Shown here: in pieces, positions 1 to 7,043 of the stretch
Layout: the number at the start of each line of letters is the position of its first letter
Position numbering within the stretch: position 1 is the stretch's first letter
From: an uncultured virus (IMG/VR IMGVR_UViG_3300026484_000088)
Lineage: Duplodnaviria > Heunggongvirae > Uroviricota > Caudoviricetes
Direction: 5' to 3' (one strand)
IMG/VR virus record: IMGVR_UViG_3300026484_000088
Length of the DNA: 20,000 bases
The notes under the pieces: generated by a model
The model's input: only the letters and a program-made list of their open reading frames with translations
Database searches by the model: none
Told to the model about the DNA's origin: nothing
Made by a program: the position numbers and the translations under genes

Positions 1-61
1 TGTAGTTAGTTTGAATGAATGGAGTAAAGCTCCAAGTAATAAGAAAATGATATTAGTTTAA
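1..61 (+). CDS. 3' end of an upstream ORF (…VVSLNEWSKAPSNKKMILV*), truncated by window edge
   Basis: Open frame from position 2 to TAA at 59-61, same strand as all neighbours. Confidence 0.5.
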   Translation, partial: VVSLNEWSKAPSNKKMILV

Positions 62-67
62 ATTAAT

Positions 68-102
68 AGACCTGAATAAGTCTTAAAACTATTCTAATTT
101 AA
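68..102 (+). promoter_or_regulatory. Pseudoknot-forming element / candidate phage RNAPII (middle) promoter, copy A
   Basis: AGAC-CT-GAATA-A-GTCT-TAAAAC-TATTC (68-94), then ATTTAA (97-102), SD and ATG 119; covarying second copy at 3011. Confidence 0.7.
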
Positions 103-118
103 ATTTAAAGGAATAAAG

Positions 119-871
119 ATGCAAGAATCTACTTTCAAATTATTAGCTTATCGATTAAATAAGATAGGCTATGATTTTAGTGATAGAAAAGAAACTCTTG
201 AGAGATATTTTACTAAATTAATATTTACTCAGGAGTCTTGGAGTCTTCAATATATTGCTACATTAATAGGTAAAAGATTATGTAAAGATTTTAAGATGGA
301 ATTACCTAATGATTTAGAAGTTGCTTATCAAGGAATTAGATTTCTTGAGATGTTACCAAAGAATTTAGTAGATTATAGAATAGGATATACTCCTGAAGGT
401 ACTCCATCAATAGTAATACTTCCTCAGCATTATTTCGAAGAAGAATTAGAGGAAAAAGCTATTGAACCAGAATTAGATCCAGAAGAGATAGAGTATTCTA
501 AGAGAGATTTAGTACATAAGAGATTTTGGCGAGGTAATATATTTAGTGTAGATATAGATAGTCTAGATATATTAAATAATGTAGTTTTTAAAATAGATAC
601 TAATATATCTATATTAGAAGACCCAAGTTATGATAAATCAGAACATAAACACTTGGAAAAGAGTAAAAGTAAAGTATTAGTAGATAAATATACTAATATA
701 AATAAATTTTACTTCAGACATTTCTACGATACAAGAGGTAGGATATACTCATGTGGGTATCATATTAACCCACAAGGTACTAAATATAAAAAAGCAATAC
801 TTACAATGATCAATAATACTCAATGGAACCAAGAAGATAAAGATAGTTTAAAAGACTTCTTAATAAATTAA
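119..871 (+). CDS. N4-like RNA polymerase II subunit 1 (gp15-like)
   Basis: T7-family DxRGRxY motif (FYDTRGRIYSCGYHINPQG) near the C-terminus of a 250-aa protein, followed by the catalytic subunit; SD AAGGA. Confidence 0.92.
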   Translation: MQESTFKLLAYRLNKIGYDFSDRKETLERYFTKLIFTQESWSLQYIATLIGKRLCKDFKMELPNDLEVAYQGIRFLEMLPKNLVDYRIGYTPEGTPSIVILPQHYFEEELEEKAIEPELDPEEIEYSKRDLVHKRFWRGNIFSVDIDSLDILNNVVFKIDTNISILEDPSYDKSEHKHLEKSKSKVLVDKYTNINKFYFRHFYDTRGRIYSCGYHINPQGTKYKKAILTMINNTQWNQEDKDSLKDFLIN

Positions 872-887
872 ATATAAAGGATAAAAA

Positions 888-1871
888 ATGACATATAAAG
901 ATTTAACTAAAAATGAATGGATAGTAGTTAATATAGCAAACGAAGCAGGGTTTGACAAATTATTTTGGAATGATAGAGTAATTAAAGGTAAAGAGATAAT
1001 TAACTCTTATCTTAATGGTTCATTTAAACCAGAAAAAGATAATTACTTATTAATTAAAAGACTTAATGAAGTGAAAGAATTACTTGATGGTTCAAGTATT
1101 CAAGAACCTAACATTTATCTTGATGCTACTGCATCAGGATTACAAATATTATCAGCTATTAGTTTAGATTTAGAAGCAGGTTCTAAAGTAAACATAGGAA
1201 CTAAAGAAAGAAAAGATGTTTATTTAGAGACAGCTAAATTATTTAGTGATATGTTTGGTTTAGATATAGAAAGAGAACATATTAAGAAGCCATTAATGAC
1301 TTACTTCTATAACTCAAGAAAGAATATAGAAGACTATTTCGGAGAGGAAATGGCTGAAATGTTCTTCGAGATGATGGGAGAAGGTTTTAAAGGACCTCAA
1401 AAGGTATTAGATACAGTTAATAAATACTTTGAACCAAGAAAAGTATTTGAATATAACTTACCTGATATGAGAGTATCTATACCTATAGAAGTAAGTGTTA
1501 CTGAAGATCTTAAATTCAAAGAGATAGAAGTACCATTTACATATAAGGTTAATCAAGCAGATGAAAATCAATGGAGAGGTTTAGTACCTAATATTGTACA
1601 TAGTTTAGATGCATGGATATTAAGGTATGTGCTTAAATATTTGAATGAAAAAGAGATAATAGTACATACTATTCATGATTCATTCCAAGTACCAGTAAGT
1701 AAAGTTCCATATTTAATAAAAGCATATAAAGAAGCATTTATTACTATGGTTCAAGATGAATTATTCCCTAAGATAATGAAAGACTTATTTGAGGTAGAAA
1801 TAAACTATGATCTAGAAAGAAAAGAAGCAATGATACAAGCAATTAAAGAGAGTGAGTATATGCTCTCTTGA
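888..1871 (+). CDS. N4-like RNA polymerase II subunit 2 (gp16-like, catalytic)
   Basis: Motif A LDATASGLQ, motif B REHIKKPLMTYFY, PNIVHSLDA, motif C TIHDSF. Confidence 0.95.
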   Translation: MTYKDLTKNEWIVVNIANEAGFDKLFWNDRVIKGKEIINSYLNGSFKPEKDNYLLIKRLNEVKELLDGSSIQEPNIYLDATASGLQILSAISLDLEAGSKVNIGTKERKDVYLETAKLFSDMFGLDIEREHIKKPLMTYFYNSRKNIEDYFGEEMAEMFFEMMGEGFKGPQKVLDTVNKYFEPRKVFEYNLPDMRVSIPIEVSVTEDLKFKEIEVPFTYKVNQADENQWRGLVPNIVHSLDAWILRYVLKYLNEKEIIVHTIHDSFQVPVSKVPYLIKAYKEAFITMVQDELFPKIMKDLFEVEINYDLERKEAMIQAIKESEYMLS

Positions 1872-1936
1872 TTGTTTATTTTTATATATACTATATAGTA
1901 AGATTTTAAAGTTATCCTTATTTAAGGGTTTAACTA

Positions 1937-1965
1937 TTGATTTTATATAACAATTATGTTATACT
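1937..1965 (+). promoter_or_regulatory. Host sigma70-type promoter
   Basis: TTGATT (1937-1942), 17-nt spacer, TG-n-TATACT extended -10 (1960-1965), upstream of AAGGAG and ATG 2003. Confidence 0.7.
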
Positions 1966-2002
1966 ATTATAACAATAAAGTTATACAATTTAAGGAGATA
2001 AA

Positions 2003-2422
2003 ATGAGAGATTTTAGTATGCCAATAAATATTGTTAATATAGAAACAGGAGAGATTGAAACACATCAAGCTTATGTTAAAGAGAATAGTAAAAGATATGT
2101 TAAATCAGGATTAATTAAAATATATCCAGAAGTATTAGAAAGTAAATATGTTAAATATATTAAATATTTAATTAATACTATTAATACTACTGGTTCAATA
2201 GAGATAATTTGGAATGATGTATTTAAAGATACAGAAATAAGTTATATGCAAATTTCAAGAATTAAAAAACAATGGTTAAAAGAAAATATTATATATTCTA
2301 AAGATAAATTTAGAGTATATGTAAATCCATATACTATATTAAGACAAACTACTTTTAGTGAACAAATACAAGATCAAATTAAATGGGATTATTTAGTTGG
2401 ATCCAGAGAAATTAATGTATAG
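2003..2422 (+). CDS. RepL-like / winged-helix DNA-binding protein
   Basis: N-terminal IVNIETGEI, helix-turn-helix-like ISYMQISRIKKQW and wing motif VYVNPY resemble RepL-type proteins; SD AAGGAG. Confidence 0.5.
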   Translation: MRDFSMPINIVNIETGEIETHQAYVKENSKRYVKSGLIKIYPEVLESKYVKYIKYLINTINTTGSIEIIWNDVFKDTEISYMQISRIKKQWLKENIIYSKDKFRVYVNPYTILRQTTFSEQIQDQIKWDYLVGSREINV

Positions 2423-2442
2423 TTTTTCTTTTTCTTTTTTCT

Positions 2443-2465
2443 TCTCGCTCGCAAGTCTCGCTCGA
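2443..2465 (-). repeat. TCTCGCTCG direct repeat; minus-strand hairpin with tandem G.A pairs
   Basis: TCTCGCTCG at 2443-2451 and 2456-2464, after a pyrimidine tract (2423-2446); four CpG in a CpG-poor sequence. Confidence 0.7.
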
Positions 2466-2545
2466 TCTGTTTTATGAATAAAATAAATATATAGGTAAAG
2501 ATACTATATACTTGTTTTGTGAAATTTTTAAGTAAAGGAGAAAAA

Positions 2546-2905
2546 ATGAATAATATTAATTTATTATTATGTGAATTGATTGGAGGAGGTTATTTAGACT
2601 GGAAAAAATTAGATGAATATATTGATGCATATCAAGTAGAACCAGAAGATATAATACAAGAAATTAGAGATGTTAATGGAGAAGATTATAAAATAACATT
2701 TAATGATTTAATGTATATTACTTTATACTTAGGTTTTTATAATATGCGAGAATATATTCTACAAGTTATAAAAGAAAATGAATGGAATATAAAAGATGAA
2801 ATAAAAAATTGGATAGAAAATATGGAATTTAACTGTTTTGTGAACTACTTAGATAGTTTTATACAAACACCTGTATTTAGTGAATATGATATATGGAAGA
2901 ATTAA
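2546..2905 (+). CDS. Hypothetical acidic protein, possibly frameshifted near its 3' end
   Basis: AAGGAG precedes ATG 2546 (preferred to GTG 2519); a coding-like frame continues 2893-2991. Confidence 0.7.
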   Translation: MNNINLLLCELIGGGYLDWKKLDEYIDAYQVEPEDIIQEIRDVNGEDYKITFNDLMYITLYLGFYNMREYILQVIKENEWNIKDEIKNWIENMEFNCFVNYLDSFIQTPVFSEYDIWKN

Positions 2906-2958
2906 CAAAGACTGAAAAGAATGTAGCAAGATTTATTGCTGATGTATGGAAAGAGATT

Positions 2959-2991
2959 AGACCTAAGGATGTCTTTAAAAGCCAAATTTAA
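2959..2991 (+). promoter_or_regulatory. Degenerate copy B of the pseudoknot element
   Basis: AGAC-CT-AAGGA-T-GTCT-TTAAAAG-CC then ATTTAA; stem 1 intact, stem 2 mostly lost. Confidence 0.45.
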
Positions 2992-3010
2992 CATAATAAG
3001 ATAAAATTAG

Positions 3011-3045
3011 TTTCCTGAGTATGAAGTAAAACTACTCAAATTTAA
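3011..3045 (+). promoter_or_regulatory. Pseudoknot-forming element / candidate RNAPII promoter, copy C
   Basis: TTTC-CT-GAGTA-T-GAAG-TAAAAC-TACTC (3011-3037), ATTTAA at the same offset as copy A, SD and ATG 3062. Confidence 0.7.
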
Positions 3046-3061
3046 AATTAAAGGTAATAAA

Positions 3062-3229
3062 ATGAAATTATATTATATAGAGCCAGAAAGAAAAGAAGCT
3101 GTATGTATAGTAACAAAAGCAGTAAATATAGCTAAACTTGTAGCTGAAGAGTTAGGTTTAGTTAAAGTATATGAAAATTTGTTTTATGAATATAGAATAA
3201 ATCACGAAGAAAAGGTATTAGTGTTATGA
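3062..3229 (+). CDS. Small hypothetical protein, 55 aa (MKLYYIEPERKEAVC…EEKVLVL), not in ORF track
   Basis: AAAGG SD, open frame, stop overlaps next start (ATGA 3226-3229). Confidence 0.75.
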   Translation: MKLYYIEPERKEAVCIVTKAVNIAKLVAEELGLVKVYENLFYEYRINHEEKVLVL

Positions 3230-3540
3230 AGTTATTAAATAAAAAAATTGATAATACTATCTATCAATTTAGAGGGAAAATAGCTAAATTTAGAAATGTA
3301 GGATTAAAAAGGATTGTACTATTTACAAATATACAAATATGGTCAGATAAGAACCAGAAATGGGAAGATTTTAGAGACCATATGTGGTGTGATAATAGGA
3401 TAAAAAATAAAAGATGGCAAGGCAAAGAAATTACATTTAAAGGACAAAAATATACTTATACTAATAGTATAGGTAAAACTCAAGAAGCTGTTGATATTAA
3501 ATATCCTCAATTACAATCAGTAATTAAAGGTAAAAAATGA
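3226..3540 (+). CDS. Hypothetical basic beta-rich protein (possible OB-fold)
   Basis: ATGA coupling at both ends; DHMW motif, basic composition. Confidence 0.7.
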   Translation: MKLLNKKIDNTIYQFRGKIAKFRNVGLKRIVLFTNIQIWSDKNQKWEDFRDHMWCDNRIKNKRWQGKEITFKGQKYTYTNSIGKTQEAVDIKYPQLQSVIKGKK

Positions 3541-3983
3541 AAACAATAAAAGATTATAAGGTATTAGATAATACTTTTTTAGTGATTACAGATGAAAGTC
3601 TTATAAGTTTAGATGAATTATATCCTTATGATATGGTTCAAATAAAAAAAAGTAAAAAGAAATTATCTAAAAAAGAATTTAATGCTTTTATAGATGAGAA
3701 TTGGAAAAAGATAAAAGTTAAATATACAAATATTATTGTTATTGGTTCAGAGTTATTTAAATTCTTTACAAAAATAAAGAAAGCAGGTAATTATCAAACA
3801 GAAATGTATAGTTATGATGGTGTAACTGTTTTACAAGGCATTAAATATCATAATTCTTGGTTAGAAAAAAATAAATATTTATATGAAATATCACAAGATA
3901 CTATAAATAGATATTTAAAAGGTAAAAAACCAGTAAGAATATGGAATTATATAGATCCAGATAAAATATCTTATTATTTATAA
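3537..3983 (+). CDS. Probable N-terminal domain of the N4-type DNA polymerase, encoded as a separate gene
   Basis: KKK…IIVIGSELFKFFTKIKKA resembles the N-terminal region of N4-like DNA polymerases; next ORF starts directly at the exonuclease domain. Confidence 0.55.
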   Translation: MKTIKDYKVLDNTFLVITDESLISLDELYPYDMVQIKKSKKKLSKKEFNAFIDENWKKIKVKYTNIIVIGSELFKFFTKIKKAGNYQTEMYSYDGVTVLQGIKYHNSWLEKNKYLYEISQDTINRYLKGKKPVRIWNYIDPDKISYYL

Positions 3984-3997
3984 ATAAAGGAAATATA

Positions 3998-5148
3998 ATG
4001 AAACATGAGTATGAATTTAAAAACTTACTAAATAAAGTAAAATCTAATTTTATAGTAATAGATTTAGAGACATTAGGTGTTAGAGCAGAAAACGCTAAAA
4101 TATATAGTATATCTATTACTTCTGTAATAGATAAAAATACTATTACATTCTTATATAAACCTTGGATGAAAGATCAATTAAAAGAATTTTTAAAAGATAA
4201 ACATATTGTATTTCATAATGCATTATTTGATCTAAAAATTCTAATTACTAATTTATTTATGAATAGTAATAGAGATTTAGGTGGAATGAGAGATGGTATT
4301 ATCTTTCTCAAAGAAAATGTAAAAATAGATGATACTATGCTTATGATATATCATTGTAACAATAATACTCAAGGCAACGAATTAAGTTTAAAATTTAATG
4401 CTTTAAAATATACAGGTGTGTATGCTATTGATGTAACTGATATAGCTGAAGCTTTAGATAAAGGAATACTTAATGAAAAACAGATACTAGAATATAATGC
4501 TATAGATACTATAGCTACTGTATTATTATATGAAGAATATTTACCAAAGATAAAGGAAGAAGATGTAAGATTAATATATAGTAAAAGTATTGAATCTATT
4601 TATTATTTAATTGAAACTATGATAGTTGGTTTACCATTAGATAAATATAGATTATTAGAGGTAGAAAAGCAGTTAAAAGATGAATTAGATATATTAAATA
4701 ATACTTTAAAATTTTATATAGATGATTCATTCAATCCTGGTTCAAGTAAACAATTAAGTAAATTACTTTATGAAGTATTTGATTTACCTATTTTAGAAAA
4801 AACAGAATCAGGACAACCAGCTACAGGTGGAGATATTTTAAAGACACTTTTAAATTATACTGATGATCCAGATAAACAAAAAGTACTTACTTCTATAAAA
4901 GATTGGAAAGATGTTCAGAAAATACTTACTGGATTTATCGAACCATTTAAGAAATATTATTTTAGTAGGAGTAATACTTACTGGCTCACAGGTAATCAGA
5001 GGCTTGGAGGAACAAAATCAGGTAGATTAAGTAGTAATGAACCTAATTTAGCTAATTTACCTTCTAACAGTAAATACGGTAAGTTAATTAAGAGTATTTT
5101 TCAAGCACCAGATGGTTGGTTATTCTGTGGATCAGATTTTGCAGCCCT
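3998..5148 (+). CDS. DNA polymerase family A, exon 1 (3'-5' exonuclease, thumb, start of motif A)
   Basis: ExoI DLET, ExoII FHNALFDL, ExoIII YNAID, GTKSGRLSSNEPNLANLP, motif A SDFAAL cut by the intron. Confidence 0.95.
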
Positions 5149-5257
5149 TAACATATCGGGGGTCCTAAATAGAAATATTTAGGTAATAATGGTATCTAAT
5201 TCAGGGAAAGCTAAGTCGTAAGATATGCTAATCCTGAGCCAAGACTTAAATTCCTTA

Positions 5258-5286
5258 TTGACTTCTATCCTTTTTTAGTATATAAT
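5258..5286 (+). promoter_or_regulatory. Sigma70-type promoter inside the intron driving the homing endonuclease
   Basis: TTGACT (5258-5263), 17 nt, TATAAT (5281-5286); AAGGA SD before ATG 5320. Confidence 0.8.
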
Positions 5287-5319
5287 CATAATTGATTACA
5301 CTAATACAAAGGATAGATA

Positions 5320-5862
5320 ATGATAGAAAAGTTAATTAATGGTTATAATGGTATATATAAAATAGATGATAAAGGTAATGTATATACTAAATATAAACCT
5401 AAAACAGGTAAAATATGGGATAAATGGACTAAATTAAAATGGGTTTTAGATAAACATATTGGTTATTATTTAGTTACATTAGTGCATCCAATAACTAAAA
5501 AAAGAACTAATAAGTTTATTCATAGACTTTTAATGGAATCTTTTGTTCCTAATCCAGATCCTAAAAAATATAAGCATGTAAATCATATTGATGGTAATAA
5601 AGAAAACAATCAATTAAATAATCTTGAATGGGTAACCCCAAAAGAAAATACAAGACATGCTATTAAATTAGGTTTAAATAAACCAGGTGAAGCAAGTAAA
5701 AAAGCTATAAAACAAATAGACTTAAATACTGGTGATGTTATTGCTGAATTTGAATCAGCAAGAGAAGCAAATAGACTTACTGGAATTGCTCACCAAAATA
5801 TTAGTAAAGTTTTACGAGGTTTACGAAAACATGCTGGAGGATATTTTTGGGAATTTAAGTAA
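5320..5862 (+). CDS. Intron-encoded HNH homing endonuclease (NUMOD4-HNH-NUMOD1, I-HmuI-like architecture)
   Basis: IHRL, HVNHIDGNKENNQLNNLEWVTPKENTRHA, C-terminal FESAREANRLTG HTH; looped out of stem ACTTAAATTCC/GGAATTTAAGT. Confidence 0.93.
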   Translation: MIEKLINGYNGIYKIDDKGNVYTKYKPKTGKIWDKWTKLKWVLDKHIGYYLVTLVHPITKKRTNKFIHRLLMESFVPNPDPKKYKHVNHIDGNKENNQLNNLEWVTPKENTRHAIKLGLNKPGEASKKAIKQIDLNTGDVIAEFESAREANRLTGIAHQNISKVLRGLRKHAGGYFWEFK

Positions 5863-6014
5863 GGTGCAGAGACTATCTCCGTACGGAGAGTAGGGAAGTA
5901 AGTGATTGACTTCTCGAAACGGTACCTATCTTAACAGGTAAAGCTGAAGATAAAGATATAGTCCGACACTCCAAGAAATTGGAGAGACAGAGTAGCGTCT
6001 GTCGTAACTGATTG

Positions 6015-6825
6015 CGAAGATCGTATAGTTGCTAACTTAAGTAATGATCCTATGAAAATAGGTGTATTTACTAAAGGTATTGATGGACATAGTCTAAATG
6101 CAGCAGGTTACTTTAAAGAAGAATTAGAATCTCGTGGAATATTTATAGATATGAATGATCCAGAGAGTATAAATTCTGTAAAGAAATTAGCTAAAGATTT
6201 AAGACAAGAAAGTAAGACATATACCTTTGGAATGAATTACGGTCAAGAAGCTCCTGGAATGGCTAAAAGTCAAGGTATTCCATTAGAAAAAGCAGAGAAA
6301 ATAGTAGAAGGTTATAAAAATACTTATAGAGTAATGATTGAATGGAATGAAAGTAATAAAAAATTTATGAATGAAAATGGATATGTTAGAGGTTGTTGGG
6401 GACATAAAATTAAAACACCTTTAATAAAAATGTCTATTATTAATTCAAGAATTACTCCATCAAATATAAAAGCTGAATTTAGAACAGCCAATAATGCTAT
6501 TACTCAAAGTTATGGAATACTTACTACTATTGCTGGTTCAAGGTTTCAAGATTTATTAGAGAAATCACCATATAAATATGATGTATTTTTAATAAATCAA
6601 ATTCATGATGCTATATATTTATTAGTTAAAAATGATCCAGAAGTAGTAAAATGGGTTAATAATAATTTAATAAATACTATGTGTATGATGGATGAACCAA
6701 GATTAATAGATGCTCCTGTAAAATTAGAAGCAGAATTAGATATTGGAAAATCTTGGGATAAACAAGTAACTCTAAAAAATAATATTTCTATTAAAGAAAT
6801 AGAAAAACAATTAAACACTTTTTAA
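6015..6825 (+). CDS. DNA polymerase family A, exon 2 (spliced product 653 aa)
   Basis: EDRIVA completes motif A; motif B RQESKTYTFGMNYG; motif C QIHDAIY. Confidence 0.95.
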
Positions 6826-6834
6826 GAGTGTTTA
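6812..6834 (+). terminator. Hairpin over the DNA polymerase stop codon, possible terminator
   Basis: TAAACACT (6812-6819) / AGTGTTTA (6827-6834); only a weak U tract follows. Confidence 0.45.
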
Positions 6835-6849
6835 TTAAAGTTATATTTA

Positions 6850-6858
6850 TGGTATAAT
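6850..6858 (+). promoter_or_regulatory. Extended -10 promoter TGnTATAAT without a canonical -35
   Basis: TGGTATAAT with AT-rich upstream sequence. Confidence 0.65.
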
Positions 6859-6864
6859 TTTAAT

Positions 6865-7021
6865 AAGCATTCATTTGAATGTTTAAATCTCCCTTGTAGA
6901 AAAAAACTATTCATTTTATTAAGTGATACATTGCTTCTTTTTTGAGACTTAAAAAAATTCATATAAACAATTCCTCCTATTATTTATATTTTACAAACTA
7001 CAAGGGAGAATTCTCTTTTTT
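6865..7021 (+). ncRNA. Candidate structured small RNA
   Basis: Promoter, 5' hairpin 6865-6884, perfect 12-bp inverted repeat 6888-6899/6998-7009, anti-SD TTCCTCCT, terminator-like hairpin with U run 7002-7021. Confidence 0.6.
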
Positions 7022-7043
7022 AAATTACACACAAAGGAAAAAC

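Larger units (their letters stand above)
5149..6014 (+). ncRNA. Group I self-splicing intron (IA2-like), 866 nt
   Basis: P1 GCCCU/GGGGU with U5148.G5159; P10 CGA/UCG; P2 CCTAAATA-GAAA-TATTTAGG; P/Q TCAGG/CCTGA; P7 GACTA 5871 / TAGTC 5959; P7.1, P7.2, P8, P9 hairpins; terminal G6014; splicing restores DFAALEDR. Confidence 0.95.

Noticed and set aside
68..94. preQ1 riboswitch or hammerhead interpretation of the pseudoknot element
   Set aside because: Topology is preQ1-like but ligand-binding loop consensus and gene context are absent; CTGA is present but no GAAA core or three-stem junction
1911..1934. CCTTA-TT-TAAGG hairpin as virion RNAP promoter or terminator
   Set aside because: Short AT-rich stem expected by chance; lacks the GC-closed triloop of N4 early promoters
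5149..6051. DNA polymerase as pseudogene, intein-split gene or two genes with a free-standing HNH
   Set aside because: Complete group I core and in-frame restoration of motif A explain the break; the ORF-track tail NISGVLNRNI and start 6052 are artefacts
6603..6818. Minus-strand 71-aa ORF
   Set aside because: Shadow of polymerase exon 2, no supporting signal
6942..7043. TTG-initiated N-terminal extension of the winged-helix ORF
   Set aside because: No SD, overlaps the structured RNA and terminator; ATG 7044 has AAGGA
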